A stretch of DNA of 64,000 nucleotides from an uncultured delta proteobacterium. GTDB lineage: Bacteria; Desulfobacterota; BSN033; UBA1163. Numbering within the stretch: position 1 is the first letter of the stretch; every line of letters begins with the position of its first letter. Positions 32,376 through 44,112 of this stretch are shown in pieces. A model generated the notes under the pieces. That model ran no database searches, was not told the origin of the DNA, and worked only from the letters and a program-made list of their open reading frames with translations. The stretch covers positions 1 through 64,000 of the forward strand of contig CAVPSJ010000006.1 of NCBI GenBank assembly GCA_963708295.1, in the 5' to 3' direction. A program made the position numbers and the translations under genes.

Positions 32376-34197
32376 TCACTTCGTACCCGGGACGATCGCT
32401 TCGAATTTGCAGATCTGAACACAGACCTCGCAGCCCACGCACTGATCCTTGTTGATCAACACGGTCCCTTTCCTCTTGTGGCCGTCTTTTGTCTGGCCTG
32501 CACCTTCGAGCCAGCTCATCGCGGGACAGTTGATCTCAAGGCACGCCTTGCAGCCCCTGCACTTCTCGGCGTCAATCGCGTAGACATGGGCTCTTGAATT
32601 TTTCCAGCGGTTTGGCCCTGCGGAGCAAGATGCAGGGACTATTTTCTGTGACGATGACGGAGGCATCATCCCTGTTTACCTCTTCCCTGATCACCTCCAT
32701 CGTTTCGTTCACCTTATAGGGATCCACCTTTCGCACGTGCTTGATGCCGACCGCCCTGGCCAACTGCTCATAGTCGATCATGGTTGCGGGCTCGCTTTGT
32801 ATCGTGTATCCTGTCCCCGGGTGGTCCTGCTGGCCCGTCATGGCTGTGATCCCGTTATCCAGAATGATCGTCGTGGAATAGCCTTTATTGTACGCGGCGT
32901 CTATCAGCGGGGTGACGCCGGAATGAAAGAACGTCGAGTCTCCGAGCACGGCACAGATCTTCCCGAGCCCGTCTTTGCCGATCACTTTTCCTGCGCCATA
33001 GGCGCCCCCGATACCGGCACCCATGCACGTTGACGCGTGCATGGCCGAAAGCGGGGGCGCAACCGCCAGGGCATAACACCCGATGTCGCCGAACACATAG
33101 AGTCCGAGCTTTTTAAGAGCATAAAACAGCGGCCTGTGAGCGCAACCGGCACAGAGGTTCGGCGGTCTTCTCGGAAGGTCTTCCGGTTTTACCCGCACTT
33201 TCGGCGCCTGGTAGCGTTTGCCTTCCACAGCCTTCACCAGTGACTGCTTAAGGATATTGGGCGATAACTCGCCTATGGCCGGGATCAAATCCTTACCATG
33301 CCGTACTTTATAGCCCATGGCTTTGATCTCCGTCTCCAGGAAAGGGTCAAGCTCCTCCACCACAATCACCTTCTTCACTTTCTTGAAGAAGGCTGCGATC
33401 TTTTTCTTCGGCAGGGGCCAGACCATTCCCAGCTTCAGGAATGAATACTGCGGGAAAACCTCTTTGGTATAGAGATAGGTAACCCCTGACGTGATAAAGC
33501 CGATCGAGGAATCGTTGATCTCCATCGCATTGTACGGAAACTCTGAATCCGCGTAAGCGGCGAGTTTGGCAATTCTTTCTTCGATAGCAACCCGCTTCAC
33601 CCTGGCATACATGGGCACCATGACATACTTCGGCGTCTCTTTCTGGTCGAGGCCTTTTTGAATCGTCGATTCCTTTCTTTCTCCCAGCTCCACAGGAGAA
33701 TCGCAGTGAGAAACCCTGGTCTCGGTCCTCAGGAGCACAGGGGTATCGAATCGCTCGCTGATCTCGAAAGCGGTCTTCGTAAAATCCTTGCACTCCTCGG
33801 AATCAGCCGGTTCGAGCATGGGAACCTTTCCAAAACGGGTCCAGTTTCTGCTGTCCTGCTCGTTCTGAGAACTGTGCTGCCCCGGATCATCGGCCACGAC
33901 AATCACAAAACCGCCTTTGACGCCCGTGTAAGAAATCGTCATAAAAGGGTCGGCGGCAACGTTCAACCCCACGTGCTTCATGCAGGCCAAGGCTCTTCCG
34001 CCAGCAAGAGAAGCGCCATGGGCGACCTCCACGGCAACCTTCTCATTGGGAGACCATTCCGTGTAGATTTCCCTGTACCTGGATAATTCAGCCATAATTT
34101 CGCTGCTCGGCGTCCCGGGATAGGCGCACCCAACCACTACCCCCGCCTCCCATGCGCCTCTGGCAATCGCCTCATTCCCCTGCAATATCTTTTTCAT
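32376..34197 (-). CDS. iorA: indolepyruvate:ferredoxin oxidoreductase alpha subunit (frameshift near 3' end)
   Basis: GNEAIARG, YPGTPS, MKHVGLNVAADP, SSQNEQD, GDIGCY; ferredoxin motifs in the second frame. Confidence 0.92.
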
Positions 34198-35051
34198 TCA
34201 TTCTCCTCTCTGCCTGATTCTCACAACCCTTCCAATTAATCGGTCCCGTCTCCACCCCACCCCCACCCTTTCCCTCCCCCTGAAGAGGAGGGAAAAACCG
34301 TTGTGCTCCTTCCCCGAAGGGGGAAATCTTTATATTCCTCCCTCTTCAAGGGGGAGGTTAGGAGGGGGATGGGGACGGTTTCATCAGTAACTCATCCTCA
34401 ACGTTTGGCCTGAACTATTGTCAATATATAATCGTTACAAGAACCGTTTGCCCATATCTCGTTGAGACCTAACCCCTATGGCCTCCCGCTTCATCTATCC
34501 TTTCTAAATATCTTCTTAAAGATATAAATAGCCGCTAGTAGCGTACCACCCTTCTTACGAGGTAACCAAGGTCAGGACCCAACATTCAACAAGGCTTCCT
34601 TTTCTATGTTCCGGGTTTTCTGGCGCGACTCATCATATTCCGTATGAGGGCATATTAGCGAAAGCATTGAGGCTCGTCAACGAGAATTATTGCTAAGTAA
34701 TCCACAATCAAGAAGACGTATGCTTCAGAGAATCTCCCCCCTGCCTTCGCCGAAGCGGCTTCGCGCAGGCAGGTCGCCCCTCTTTGCCAAAGAGGGGTAA
34801 TTCCTCCCCAGTACCTCCTTTCCCCTGGAGGGAGAGGGTGCGGGTGAGGGGGACTATACCGTTTTCACCCCCACCTCGATCCTCCCCGTCAAGGGGGAGG
34901 AAAATACAGAGTAATTTCTTGCTTTGGGGGTAACCCCACGGCCACGAAAAATCAATTAGGAGATTGCTTCAACCAGGACCTACTTTGCCCTCCGAGGGGA
35001 GAGGAGGTATTGGTAGTGTGAAACGGGGAAGGGAGTAAGACTCTGGAGGCT

Positions 35052-35081
35052 TTGACATTTCCTTGGGAAGGCGGTTACGAT
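35052..35081 (+). promoter_or_regulatory. sigma70 promoter, leaderless geometry
   Basis: TTGACA-18-TACGAT-7 nt-GTG at 35089. Confidence 0.6.
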
Positions 35082-35088
35082 TATTTTT

Positions 35089-36396
35089 GTGAAGATTGAA
35101 CTGATCCTTCCGGCCGTTGAAGAGAATGCCCGTGTCCCCAGTCTCGCCCTGCCCATTCTTGCAAGTCTTTCTCCAGCAGATGTGGAGATTTCTTTCACCG
35201 ATGACCTCTTGACTCCCATCGATTTAGGAAAGGATCTCAAGGACGTCGACCTGGTCGGCATCACGGTTTTATCCAAGACGGCCTTGCGGGCATACAACAT
35301 CGCTGATGCCTACCGGAAAAAAGGAATACCCGTTGTTCTCGGTGGTATTCATCCTACAGCCGTTCCGGAGGAAGCCAAAGAACATGCCGATTCGGTCGTT
35401 CTCGGAGAGGCTGAAGAAGTCTGGCCTCATCTCATCGAAGATGCCAGAACGGAAAATCTCAAGCCCTTTTATCGACAGGACGGTTACACAGATTTGTCAA
35501 AAATGCCAATGCCTCGGCGAGACATTCTCCCCAGGAAGGGATATTTTCCCGTGGATGTCGTCCAGGTCACACGGGGATGTCCCTCTCGGTGTGAATTTTG
35601 TTCCGTTCAGAATTTTTTTGGAGAAACTTATCGGTTCAGGCCCGTTTCGGATGTCGTCGATGAGGTCCGCCGCCTCCCACACCGATTAATGATGTTCAAC
35701 GATGACAATATCATCGGAAATCCCTCCTACTCGAAAGAGTTGCTCAAGGCGCTCATCCCTCTGAAGAAGAGATGGTTCAGCCAGGCGTCCTTAACCGGAT
35801 TGAAGAAGGTCGAAAATGTGGAGTTGCTCGCAAAAAGTGGGTGCAACGGCCTGCTCATCGGGTTTGAATCGCTCTCCAAACCGAACCTGATCCGGTCTCA
35901 AAAATATCAAAACGATCCGACAGAATATCGCGAAATCATCCATTCCCTCCACCGATCCGGCATTGCCGTCTGCGGGTCTTTCATCTTTGGATTTGATGAG
36001 GATGATCCCTCCGTATTTGAAGAGACGGTCTCTTTCGCCATCCAGACCAAGCTCTTCTCAGCGATCTTTATGATCCTCACGCCCTACCCGGGAACAGCCC
36101 TTTACCATCGAGTAAAAAATGAGGGACGTCTGGTTCAGGATCGATGGTGGTTATTGGAAAAGCCGGAGGACTCATCCCCCTACTTCCTTCCAATGAAGAT
36201 GGGCACGGAGACACTTCGAGAGGGCTGGAAAAAGGCATGGAAAGACTTCAATTCGTTCCCTTCCATTTGGAAACGGTTTCATTGGAATTACTCTCCCACC
36301 TTGGCCAACCGATTCGTCTACTTCCCTTTTCAGTGGATGCAGCACCGGTTCACGAAGAAAAAGATCCTTGAGGACAGACGAAGGTTTCGTAGATGA
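35089..36396 (+). CDS. B12-binding domain radical SAM protein
   Basis: DLVGIT, VLGGIHPT, GEAE, RGCPSRCEFC. Confidence 0.92.
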   Translation: MKIELILPAVEENARVPSLALPILASLSPADVEISFTDDLLTPIDLGKDLKDVDLVGITVLSKTALRAYNIADAYRKKGIPVVLGGIHPTAVPEEAKEHADSVVLGEAEEVWPHLIEDARTENLKPFYRQDGYTDLSKMPMPRRDILPRKGYFPVDVVQVTRGCPSRCEFCSVQNFFGETYRFRPVSDVVDEVRRLPHRLMMFNDDNIIGNPSYSKELLKALIPLKKRWFSQASLTGLKKVENVELLAKSGCNGLLIGFESLSKPNLIRSQKYQNDPTEYREIIHSLHRSGIAVCGSFIFGFDEDDPSVFEETVSFAIQTKLFSAIFMILTPYPGTALYHRVKNEGRLVQDRWWLLEKPEDSSPYFLPMKMGTETLREGWKKAWKDFNSFPSIWKRFHWNYSPTLANRFVYFPFQWMQHRFTKKKILEDRRRFRR

Positions 36397-36414
36397 AGCA
36401 ATGACAAATTTTAC

Positions 36415-36564
36415 CAGGCTGTTGAAAAAAGCCTATCTGCGGCGTTCCCCTCATCCTTCGTCGTTGCAGCGTACATTCAAGTACGCCTCACTCCTCAGGA
36501 TTTCGGGCGCCTTGCATCTGGGCATTTTTGATCAGCCTGAAAAAAAATGACTTTTCCAACAGGC
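36415..36564. mobile_element. MITE-like element with CAGGCTGTTGAAAAA-type inverted ends
   Basis: caggctgttgaaaaa ... tttttgatcagcctg plus a second end ttttccaacaggc; no ORF. Confidence 0.7.
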
Positions 36565-36732
36565 TTTCAAAGTTCAAATGAAATTCAAAGGGCCCACCCG
36601 AACTAATCCCTCCTTACCTTCCTTTAGAAAAGGTCCCGCCTTTCGCGGGATTTTGTAAAGAGGGTTAGGGGAGATGATCAGAAGATGTCTTCTCAATTAT
36701 GGTTTAATTAGAAGCCATGACCTGTGGGTTCT

Positions 36733-38954
36733 TTATTCTGTGGCGCGATAGCCGCATTCTTTTTGGGGGCATCGCTTGGCGGCTCCGCCCTTCCCCACTT
36801 TCTCAACCAGGAGAGGGAAACCGCACTGGGGACATTTCTCCGGAATGGGCTTATCCCATAAAGCGTAGGTACAATTGGGGTAATTGGAACAGCCGTAAAA
36901 AGTTCTTCCCTTACGGGACCTTCTCTCAACAATCAGCCCTTCACACCCTTCCTGAGGACACCGGACACCCGTATCCAGAGATCGGGTGAATTTGCACTTC
37001 GGGTAGTTGGAACAGGCGAGAAATCTTCCGAACTTTCCATTCTTGATGACCATCGGACTTCCGCATTTTTCACACTTCGCGTCGGTTTCCACTTGATTCT
37101 CTCCGTTCCCTTCCACCTCTCTCGTATATCGGCATTCTGGATAACTCGAACAGGCCAGGAAATATCCTCGTTTTCCCCAACGCTTCACCATCTTCGAGCC
37201 ACATCGTTCGCAAACCTCTTCCGTGGGGATGAGTTCTCTCTTCACATCCCTCATGGAGACCTTGGCCATCTCCAGGTCTTTCTCGAAAGGGACATAGAAC
37301 TCTTTTAACGTCTCCACCCAATCCTTTTCACCCTCTTCAATGTGATCCAGATTCTCTTCCATTTGTGCGGTGAATTCGATGTCAAAAATATCTGGAAAAT
37401 TGACGACGAGGAGGTCATTCACCAGACACCCCAATTCCGTCGGGAAGAACTTCCCTTTCTCCAGCCGAACATACTCCTTTTCTTTGATCGTGCCAGGATG
37501 GCTGCATACGTAGAAGGTCTTCCAATTCCCTTCTCTTCCAGCTCCTTAATCAACGTCGCTTCCGAATACCGGTAAGGCGGTTGGGTAAAATGCTGTTTGG
37601 GATTCAGACCCAGGAGCTCAAGAACCTGCCCTTCGGTAAGGGACGGGAGGTTCTTCTCTCCATTGCCATTCTCCTGGTCATCCTGCCCTTCCACGTAGAG
37701 GGCCATGAAACCCTGGAAAACAGGGACCGTCCCGACGGCTGTGAACGTACCATCATCTGCTTTGATCTCGACGGTGGTCTGGAGGAAGTCGGCTGAAGGC
37801 ATCTGCGAAGCAACGAAGCGGTCCCAGATCAGTTTATAAAGTGCCCATTGGTCCTTCTCTAAAGAGGCCTTCACCTGGTCGGGCTCCAAATCAATCGAAG
37901 TGGGCCGGATCGCCTCATGGGCCTCCTGGGCTCCTCTGCGGCTTTTGTAGACATTGGGTTTAGGGGGAAGATAAGAATCCCCGAAGCGGTCCTTGATCCA
38001 CCCCCTGACCTGCTGAATGGCTTCCGTGGACACCCTGAGCGAATCGGTCCTCATATAGGTGATCAGCCCGACCGTGCCGAGGGGACCCAGGTCCACCCCC
38101 TCGTATAATTTCTGGGCGACCCACATCGTCTTTTTCGCGGGGAAGGAGAGCTTTCGATAGGCCTCCTGTTGAAGCCGGCTGGTAATAAAAGGAGGGAGGG
38201 GATGTCGCTGTTTTTCCTGCTGAACAATCTTTGAAACGGAATAAGGAGCGCTCTCCAGGGCCTTCCGAATGGCCAGGGCTTCCGCCTCGTTGGCCATTTT
38301 CACCTTCTTCCCCTTCCATTTCGCCAACTTTGCATCGAAGGAGACCGGCGAATCTTTTCCCTTCAGCGTGGCGGTCAGGCTCCAATACTCCTCCGAGACG
38401 AAATCCTGAATCTCCCTTTCCCTCTCGCAGACGATTCGAACGGCAACGGACTGGACCCGGCCCGCGCTCAGCCCCCGCCGGACCTTCTCCCAGAGGATCG
38501 GGCTGACCTGATAGCCCACCAGCCGATCCAGGATCCGCCTCGCCTGCTGGGCTTCGTACTTGGATTGCTGCAGCTTGCCCGGGTGCCGAAGGGCATCCAG
38601 GACTGCCTTTTTCGTGATCTCATTGAAGAGGACCCGGTAAATCTTCTTGTCCTCGTCTCCGATCTCTTCGGCAATGTGCCAGGCGATCGCTTCGCCCTCG
38701 CGGTCCGGGTCCGGCCCGAGGTAAATGTTCTTCACACCCTTGCTCGCCTTCTTCAATTCCCGGATGACCTTCGCTTTTCCTGTGATGGTGACATATTGGG
38801 GTTGAAAATCTTTTTGAAGATCCACTCCCAGCTCACCCTCCGGAAGGTCTTTGATATGACCCACGGAGGCCTTGATGACGTAATCTTCCCCCAAAAACTT
38901 TTGAAGGGTCTTCACCTTCGCAGGAGATTCTACAATAATCAAACCTTTTGACAT
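36733..38954 (-). CDS. topA: DNA topoisomerase I (single frameshift near 37492)
   Basis: IVESPAK, DPDREGEAIA, SAGRVQS, ITYMRTDS, GIGRPSTYA; zinc ribbons in the second frame. Confidence 0.95.
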
Positions 38955-39023
38955 CCGATTCCCGATCCTTTCATCTGTATTGTTAATTGTATTGTTAATT
39001 CATAACTCATAATTTTTCATACG

Positions 39024-40124
39024 TCACATTTTTTTGCTGAAACATTTGCCCGGCCACTGGGAGATCAGCCCTTTTAATTCCAGATCCAAAAGGAGGCTGG
39101 ACACTTTTCCCGGATCCAATCGGCTCTCCCGTATGATGGCGTCGATGTGCAATGGGGTCTCTCCCAAGAGCTCGAAAAGAATCTTCTCCCCTCCCGCGAG
39201 CCCATGACCGGGAGCCTCGGCTTTTTGGGCGGTCTCCTCCTGCCTTCTCCATTGAGGCAAAATCTCCTCCAGAATGTCCTCACTCGACTCTACCAGTTTC
39301 GCCCCTTCTTTGATCAATCGATTCGTGCCGCGGCTGCCATCGGCTCCCACATTCCCTGGAATCGCAAAGACCTCTCTCCCTTGCTCCAGGGCATACTCGG
39401 CGGTAATCAGCGAACCGCTCTTCGCACTGGCCTGGACGATGACCACTCCGATCGAGAGGCCGCTGATGATCCGATTTCGTCTCGGGAAATGTCCGCCCTC
39501 GGGACGTGATCCCATCGGAAATTCAGAAAGGACAGCCCCGTGTTCGACGATTTGCCTGAAGAGATCACGATTCTCAGAAGGATAGATGACATCGATCCCG
39601 CAGCCGAGGACGGCAATCGTCCTCCCTCTCCCGTCGAGGGCCCCCTTGTGAGCCACTGAATCGATGCCCCTCGCCATTCCGCTGACAATGGTAACGCCCT
39701 GCCCGGCGAGATCCCGGCCTATCTTCTCCGTAATCCATCTGCCGTACGGAGAGGTCTTTCGGCTTCCGACGATGGCCACGGCGAGTTCGTCCTCTCCTCT
39801 CAGCTCTCCCCTGACATAAAGCAGGGCCGGAGGGTCGTAGATATCCTTCAGGCGCTTCGGATAGGCATCGTCCCCTAAAGTAAGAATCGTTCCTCCCACC
39901 CGATTCAGTAAAGCAAACTCTCGCTTGACCGCTTCTTCCTGCGGGCCTTTCCGGATTTCACCGGCCACCCTTTCCCCCAGTCCTTCAATTTGGATCAAAT
40001 CTTTCAGCGGTGCCTGGAAGACAGCTTCCGGGGTCTTGAATCGATCTAGGAGTCGCTTGATGAGGATACTCCCAAGCCCGTGGGTAAGGCTTAAGGCCAA
40101 CCAATAGAAAATATCTTCAGCCAT
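39024..40124 (-). CDS. dprA: DNA-processing protein DprA
   Basis: AIVGSR, SGMARGID, FPRRNRIISG, SGSLITA, C-terminal wHTH. Confidence 0.96.
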   Translation of the reverse strand: MAEDIFYWLALSLTHGLGSILIKRLLDRFKTPEAVFQAPLKDLIQIEGLGERVAGEIRKGPQEEAVKREFALLNRVGGTILTLGDDAYPKRLKDIYDPPALLYVRGELRGEDELAVAIVGSRKTSPYGRWITEKIGRDLAGQGVTIVSGMARGIDSVAHKGALDGRGRTIAVLGCGIDVIYPSENRDLFRQIVEHGAVLSEFPMGSRPEGGHFPRRNRIISGLSIGVVIVQASAKSGSLITAEYALEQGREVFAIPGNVGADGSRGTNRLIKEGAKLVESSEDILEEILPQWRRQEETAQKAEAPGHGLAGGEKILFELLGETPLHIDAIIRESRLDPGKVSSLLLDLELKGLISQWPGKCFSKKM

Positions 40125-40401
40125 GAAGATCCTCGGGGGAGAAAGTACCCTGTTGAACGAATGGAGTCAGGTGACAAAAAAAGGCTCGGGAGACAGAGAA
40201 GATCTCCAAAGCCCAGGTGAAAATTCCAATCACCACCCGCTGTCTACCGCAGGCAGGTTCGGGCGAAAATTTCAGGGACCCTATGACAACAATGCTTGGG
40301 CCTCACCCGCGAAGCCCGTTCTCGCCTGCCAAAGAAAAATTGCTCGCGGGCAGGTAGGCAGTCGAAAGCAGATGGGTCTTCATGACAAACGGACCGTCTT
40401 C

Positions 40402-41253
40402 TTACTTTAAGGCACCCTCCATCTTTTCCTTCGAATAGGCTTGGATATAGTCCCCTATCCAAACGGCATCGAAGCACTCAATCACTCTTGCACTGAAGAA
40501 ATTCTCGTGCTGTTCAATGAGTTGAACTATTCCTACGATGTTATACTTCCTCCCAACCCTTCTTCCAGTAACGGGGTGTGTAATCTCCCTCGCAGGGCGA
40601 AAGACCGTATATTTGTCTCCGATCGCAATAGGTTCTCCGGTTTTTAAAGTCAGGTAAAGGATGTCGCCCTCGGACATTAGATTCTTCCCCTCCCGGCTCT
40701 CTAATACAATCCCGATTCCCCGGTATTCGAGATTGCTCATGAACCCTCCGGAGCGAGCTTCTCGAAAATAACCAGGTTTTTCCCCCGCAGGAGCAGGCTT
40801 TGCCTCGGGTTTAACCTCGGGTTTAACTTCAGGTTTAACCTCGGGTTTGACTTCGGCGACCTCTTCTTGTTTCTTCTCGACCGGAGGAGGCGCGGGAGAT
40901 TCTACTTTTTCGACCCCGGGCTCCTTGACCCCGAGTTCCTCAACCGGTTCCGAAGGCTTCCCCGCGGCGGCCTTCTGAGTCTCCTCCTTCTTCGCCGTCT
41001 CAACATCGGTCAGCTGGATCGTGTTTCCAGGGTAAATCCAGTGAGGATTGGTAATATAGGGGTTCTTCTCCCACAATTTTGGCCAGAGGAAAGGATCTTT
41101 TAGGAATTTCGACGAGATATCCCACAGGGTATCCCCCTTTTGGATGGTATAAACCCCTTCCTTTTCCTTCGCTTCCTGTGTCAAACCCGAAAGAACAAAA
41201 CAGAAGGAGAACATCAAAATCATGGCTAAAAGGAAACCAACGAATCTTCTCAT
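40402..41253 (-). CDS. LysM peptidoglycan-binding protein with VKPE-repeat linker
   Basis: [13 protein letters not shown]...[16 protein letters not shown]; usual neighbour of dprA. Confidence 0.9.
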   Translation of the reverse strand: MRRFVGFLLAMILMFSFCFVLSGLTQEAKEKEGVYTIQKGDTLWDISSKFLKDPFLWPKLWEKNPYITNPHWIYPGNTIQLTDVETAKKEETQKAAAGKPSEPVEELGVKEPGVEKVESPAPPPVEKKQEEVAEVKPEVKPEVKPEVKPEAKPAPAGEKPGYFREARSGGFMSNLEYRGIGIVLESREGKNLMSEGDILYLTLKTGEPIAIGDKYTVFRPAREITHPVTGRRVGRKYNIVGIVQLIEQHENFFSARVIECFDAVWIGDYIQAYSKEKMEGALK

Positions 41254-41743
41254 AACGACTTCCTCCTTTTCCCAAAAGGCTTTATAATTTCTAAAGTGGC
41301 AAAATTTTGTTGAAATTTAGCGCTTTATCTTTATTTTGTCAAGGAAAATATAAAGCAATATCCATACCAACACTCAGGCTACTCTTTTTAATTATCGAAA
41401 AGTATTAGAACTTTTTAGAAGTTAAGGAAAAAACCGGATTCTCCTGCCAAATTGGTGTGGATAATTTTTGTACAAAGTCTTCATTATTTTGAACAAATTT
41501 CAGCCTTTTTCTGAATATCGAGACCGAAACGACAGTGATGTGAGGGAGACACCTACTCTTTGGAATAGATAACGGAAAATTCATTGACACGTGAAGCTCA
41601 GCGTGATAATTAAATGCAATCCTTCGACTCTCGGCCCATGGGCGCAATCTTCATATGAGACTTCGGCAAGCTGCTCAACCCGGAGGATCTCGACCGGCTG
41701 ATCCGGGTCGCCCGGTTGAGGGCTCGACTTTATTGTTCAGTCT

Positions 41744-42457
41744 ATGAACCTTCTCCCTTCAGCAGATGAGACCTTAGAACCTTTCTTCAACGGAAAACTC
41801 CAAATCATTCAGAAGAAAAAGGGGTACCGGTTTTCAGTGGATCCGGTGCTTCTCAGTCAATTCGTAAGAATTCGAAAAAATGAAAGGGTGATTGACCTGG
41901 GAACCGGCTGTGGCATTCTACTGTTGTTATTGTCACAGAACGCAAACACCCATTCTTTTGTCGGTGTTGAAATTCAAAGGGGACTGATAGAATGTGCCGA
42001 GAAAAATGTGGTCTTGAATCACCTTGAAGATCGCATATCCATTCTCAAACAGGATTTCAGAGAGTTGAAAAGGATCTTCCCGCCGGGTTCTTTCGACGTC
42101 GTCCTCTCCAACCCCCCTTATCGAGAATATCGGACTGGCAGGATCAACCCTTTGATGGAGAAGGCCATTGCGCGCCATGAGATCAAGGGAAGACTCGAAG
42201 ACCTCATTACTGTTGCTTCCTATCTGGTCCCCCCCAAGGGGAGATGTTACCTGATCTTTCCAGCCTTAAGAACGGTCGATCTCTTCGTCTCGTTGAGAAA
42301 TGGCAAGCTGGAGCCAAAGCGAATTCAGTTCGTTCATCCTCGCATTGGGGAAGAAGCGAAATTCATCCTGACCGAATCCCTCAAGGCGAGCGGGGTGGAG
42401 TTAAAGATCAGGAGCCCCCTGTTCCTCGAGGAACCCCATCCCCTCGCGAACGAGTAG
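41744..42457 (+). CDS. tRNA1(Val) A37 N6-methyltransferase family
   Basis: Q.KKGYRFSVD, DLGTGCG, SNPPY, ARHE. Confidence 0.88.
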   Translation: MNLLPSADETLEPFFNGKLQIIQKKKGYRFSVDPVLLSQFVRIRKNERVIDLGTGCGILLLLLSQNANTHSFVGVEIQRGLIECAEKNVVLNHLEDRISILKQDFRELKRIFPPGSFDVVLSNPPYREYRTGRINPLMEKAIARHEIKGRLEDLITVASYLVPPKGRCYLIFPALRTVDLFVSLRNGKLEPKRIQFVHPRIGEEAKFILTESLKASGVELKIRSPLFLEEPHPLANE

Positions 42458-42533
42458 AAGATCCATCAACCCCCCGAGAGAGCTCCGAGAACAGAACAGG
42501 GTCTCCCCTTCGCTTTATTTCGCTTTATTTCGG

Positions 42534-42562
42534 TTGACAATGATCGGCGAACAAGATAGAAT
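42534..42562 (+). promoter_or_regulatory. sigma70 promoter, leaderless geometry
   Basis: TTGACA-17-TAGAAT-7 nt-ATG at 42570. Confidence 0.65.
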
Positions 42563-42569
42563 TTTCTTT

Positions 42570-43583
42570 ATGAATCCGTTAGCTATAGAGTCTCTCCAGC
42601 CAGAGCAGAGGCCTTCTTCATCCGAGGAAACTCTGAAATTGATCCGGGATGATTTAGAAAAAGTCGATCAGGAGTTCCGAAAGAACTTGAGGTCCGGCGT
42701 TCCTATCATTGCTGCCATCGGGGAACATCTTCTTCGAAGCGGCGGAAAACGATTTCGGGCAAAACTCCTGCTGCTTTCGGCGAGATTATGCGGGTATTCC
42801 GGAGACAACCATATCTCCATGGCCAGCCTCATCGAATTTGTTCATACCGCCACCTTGCTGCATGATGACGTGGTGGATAAGGCCCAGTTGCGAAGGGGCA
42901 TTGAATCCGCCAATTCAAAATGGGGGAACGAGGCCTGCGTCCTCGTCGGAGATTTTCTCTTCACGAAGTGTTTCACCCGGATGGTCGAAAGTGGCAATTG
43001 GAAGATCCTTCACACCATCTCGAGAGCGACTACGACGATGGCGGAAGGGGAGCTGGAGGAGTTGATCAGAACCAACGACCTTTCCCTGACGGAGGAGGAT
43101 TACCTGTCGATTATCGCCCGTAAAACCGCCTACCTCATTTCAGCGGCCACACAGATCGGGGCCATCCTTGGAAATGTCTCAGAGGAAAAAGAGGAAGCGT
43201 TAGCTCAGTTTGGGATGAATGTGGGAATCGCTTTTCAGCTCATCGATGACAATCTCGATTACACATCGAATAAATCAGGGAAGAAAATCGGCATCGACCT
43301 CCAGGAAGGCAAGATCACCCTTCCCCTGATCACCGCCCTGAATCAGTGCAACGAGGAGGAAAGGGCGTTCATCCGGAGGTTGACCGACTCTCAGCCTTTT
43401 ACCGAAAAAGCGTTCTCCCATGTCGTCCAGATTATTGAAGGATATCACGGAATCCGTTACGCGTGGGAAAAGGCGAGGACCTATGTTGAAAGGGCGAAGG
43501 ATTGTCTTCATCTCTTTCCAGAGTCAGAAGAGAAAGAAGCCCTCTGTGCCCTGGCCGAATACGTATTGGAGAGACGGCTGTGA
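42570..43583 (+). CDS. polyprenyl diphosphate synthase (IspB-like)
   Basis: GGKRFR, LLHDDVVD...RRG, FQLIDDNLD, GKITLP. Confidence 0.93.
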   Translation: MNPLAIESLQPEQRPSSSEETLKLIRDDLEKVDQEFRKNLRSGVPIIAAIGEHLLRSGGKRFRAKLLLLSARLCGYSGDNHISMASLIEFVHTATLLHDDVVDKAQLRRGIESANSKWGNEACVLVGDFLFTKCFTRMVESGNWKILHTISRATTTMAEGELEELIRTNDLSLTEEDYLSIIARKTAYLISAATQIGAILGNVSEEKEEALAQFGMNVGIAFQLIDDNLDYTSNKSGKKIGIDLQEGKITLPLITALNQCNEEERAFIRRLTDSQPFTEKAFSHVVQIIEGYHGIRYAWEKARTYVERAKDCLHLFPESEEKEALCALAEYVLERRL

Positions 43584-43728
43584 GGGTTTGGCCGGATTCG
43601 CTGGCCCCCATCGCCCCCAGAAATCATGGATCCCATCCTGAACGCCATGCACCGACCGGGGTGGGTGGCGGAATCCACTTCGCGTAAGTTATACTGTTAA
43701 TCATTAAACTGAACTCAAGGAGCAGAAA

Positions 43729-44061
43729 ATGGCAGACGAGGTAAGTTTGGTTCACGTCAGTGATAAGACTTTTGTGTCCGAGGTCCTCAATTCGGACCTT
43801 CCCGTCCTGGTCGATTTTTGGGCAACGTGGTGCGGTCCCTGCCGAAGCATCAGTCCCATCGTTGAGGAGTTGGCAAAAGAGTTTTCGGGTAAGGTAAAGG
43901 TGACCAAGCTCAACGTCGATGAAAGCCCCGCAACACCCGCCCAATACGGAGTGAGGGGAATTCCTACCTTAATTCTATTCAAAGGTGGAAAAATCCTCGA
44001 CCAACTTACCGGTGCACATCCCAAGGCCCGTTTAAAGGCCCTGGTTGAAAAGGCCCTCTAA
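43729..44061 (+). CDS. trxA: thioredoxin
   Basis: [16 protein letters not shown]. Confidence 0.95.
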   Translation: MADEVSLVHVSDKTFVSEVLNSDLPVLVDFWATWCGPCRSISPIVEELAKEFSGKVKVTKLNVDESPATPAQYGVRGIPTLILFKGGKILDQLTGAHPKARLKALVEKAL

Positions 44062-44112
44062 TCACGTAAAATCCCGAACACAAAATCTGAAGACCCGTGA
44101 AAACGCGAGGAG

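Noticed and set aside
37419-37500. Programmed frameshift in topA
   Set aside because: No slippery heptamer; one missing base in a G run explains it
41254-41600. Replication origin (AT-rich divergent gap with TGTGGATAA at 41456)
   Set aside because: Only one perfect DnaA box seen and no dnaA/dnaN nearby
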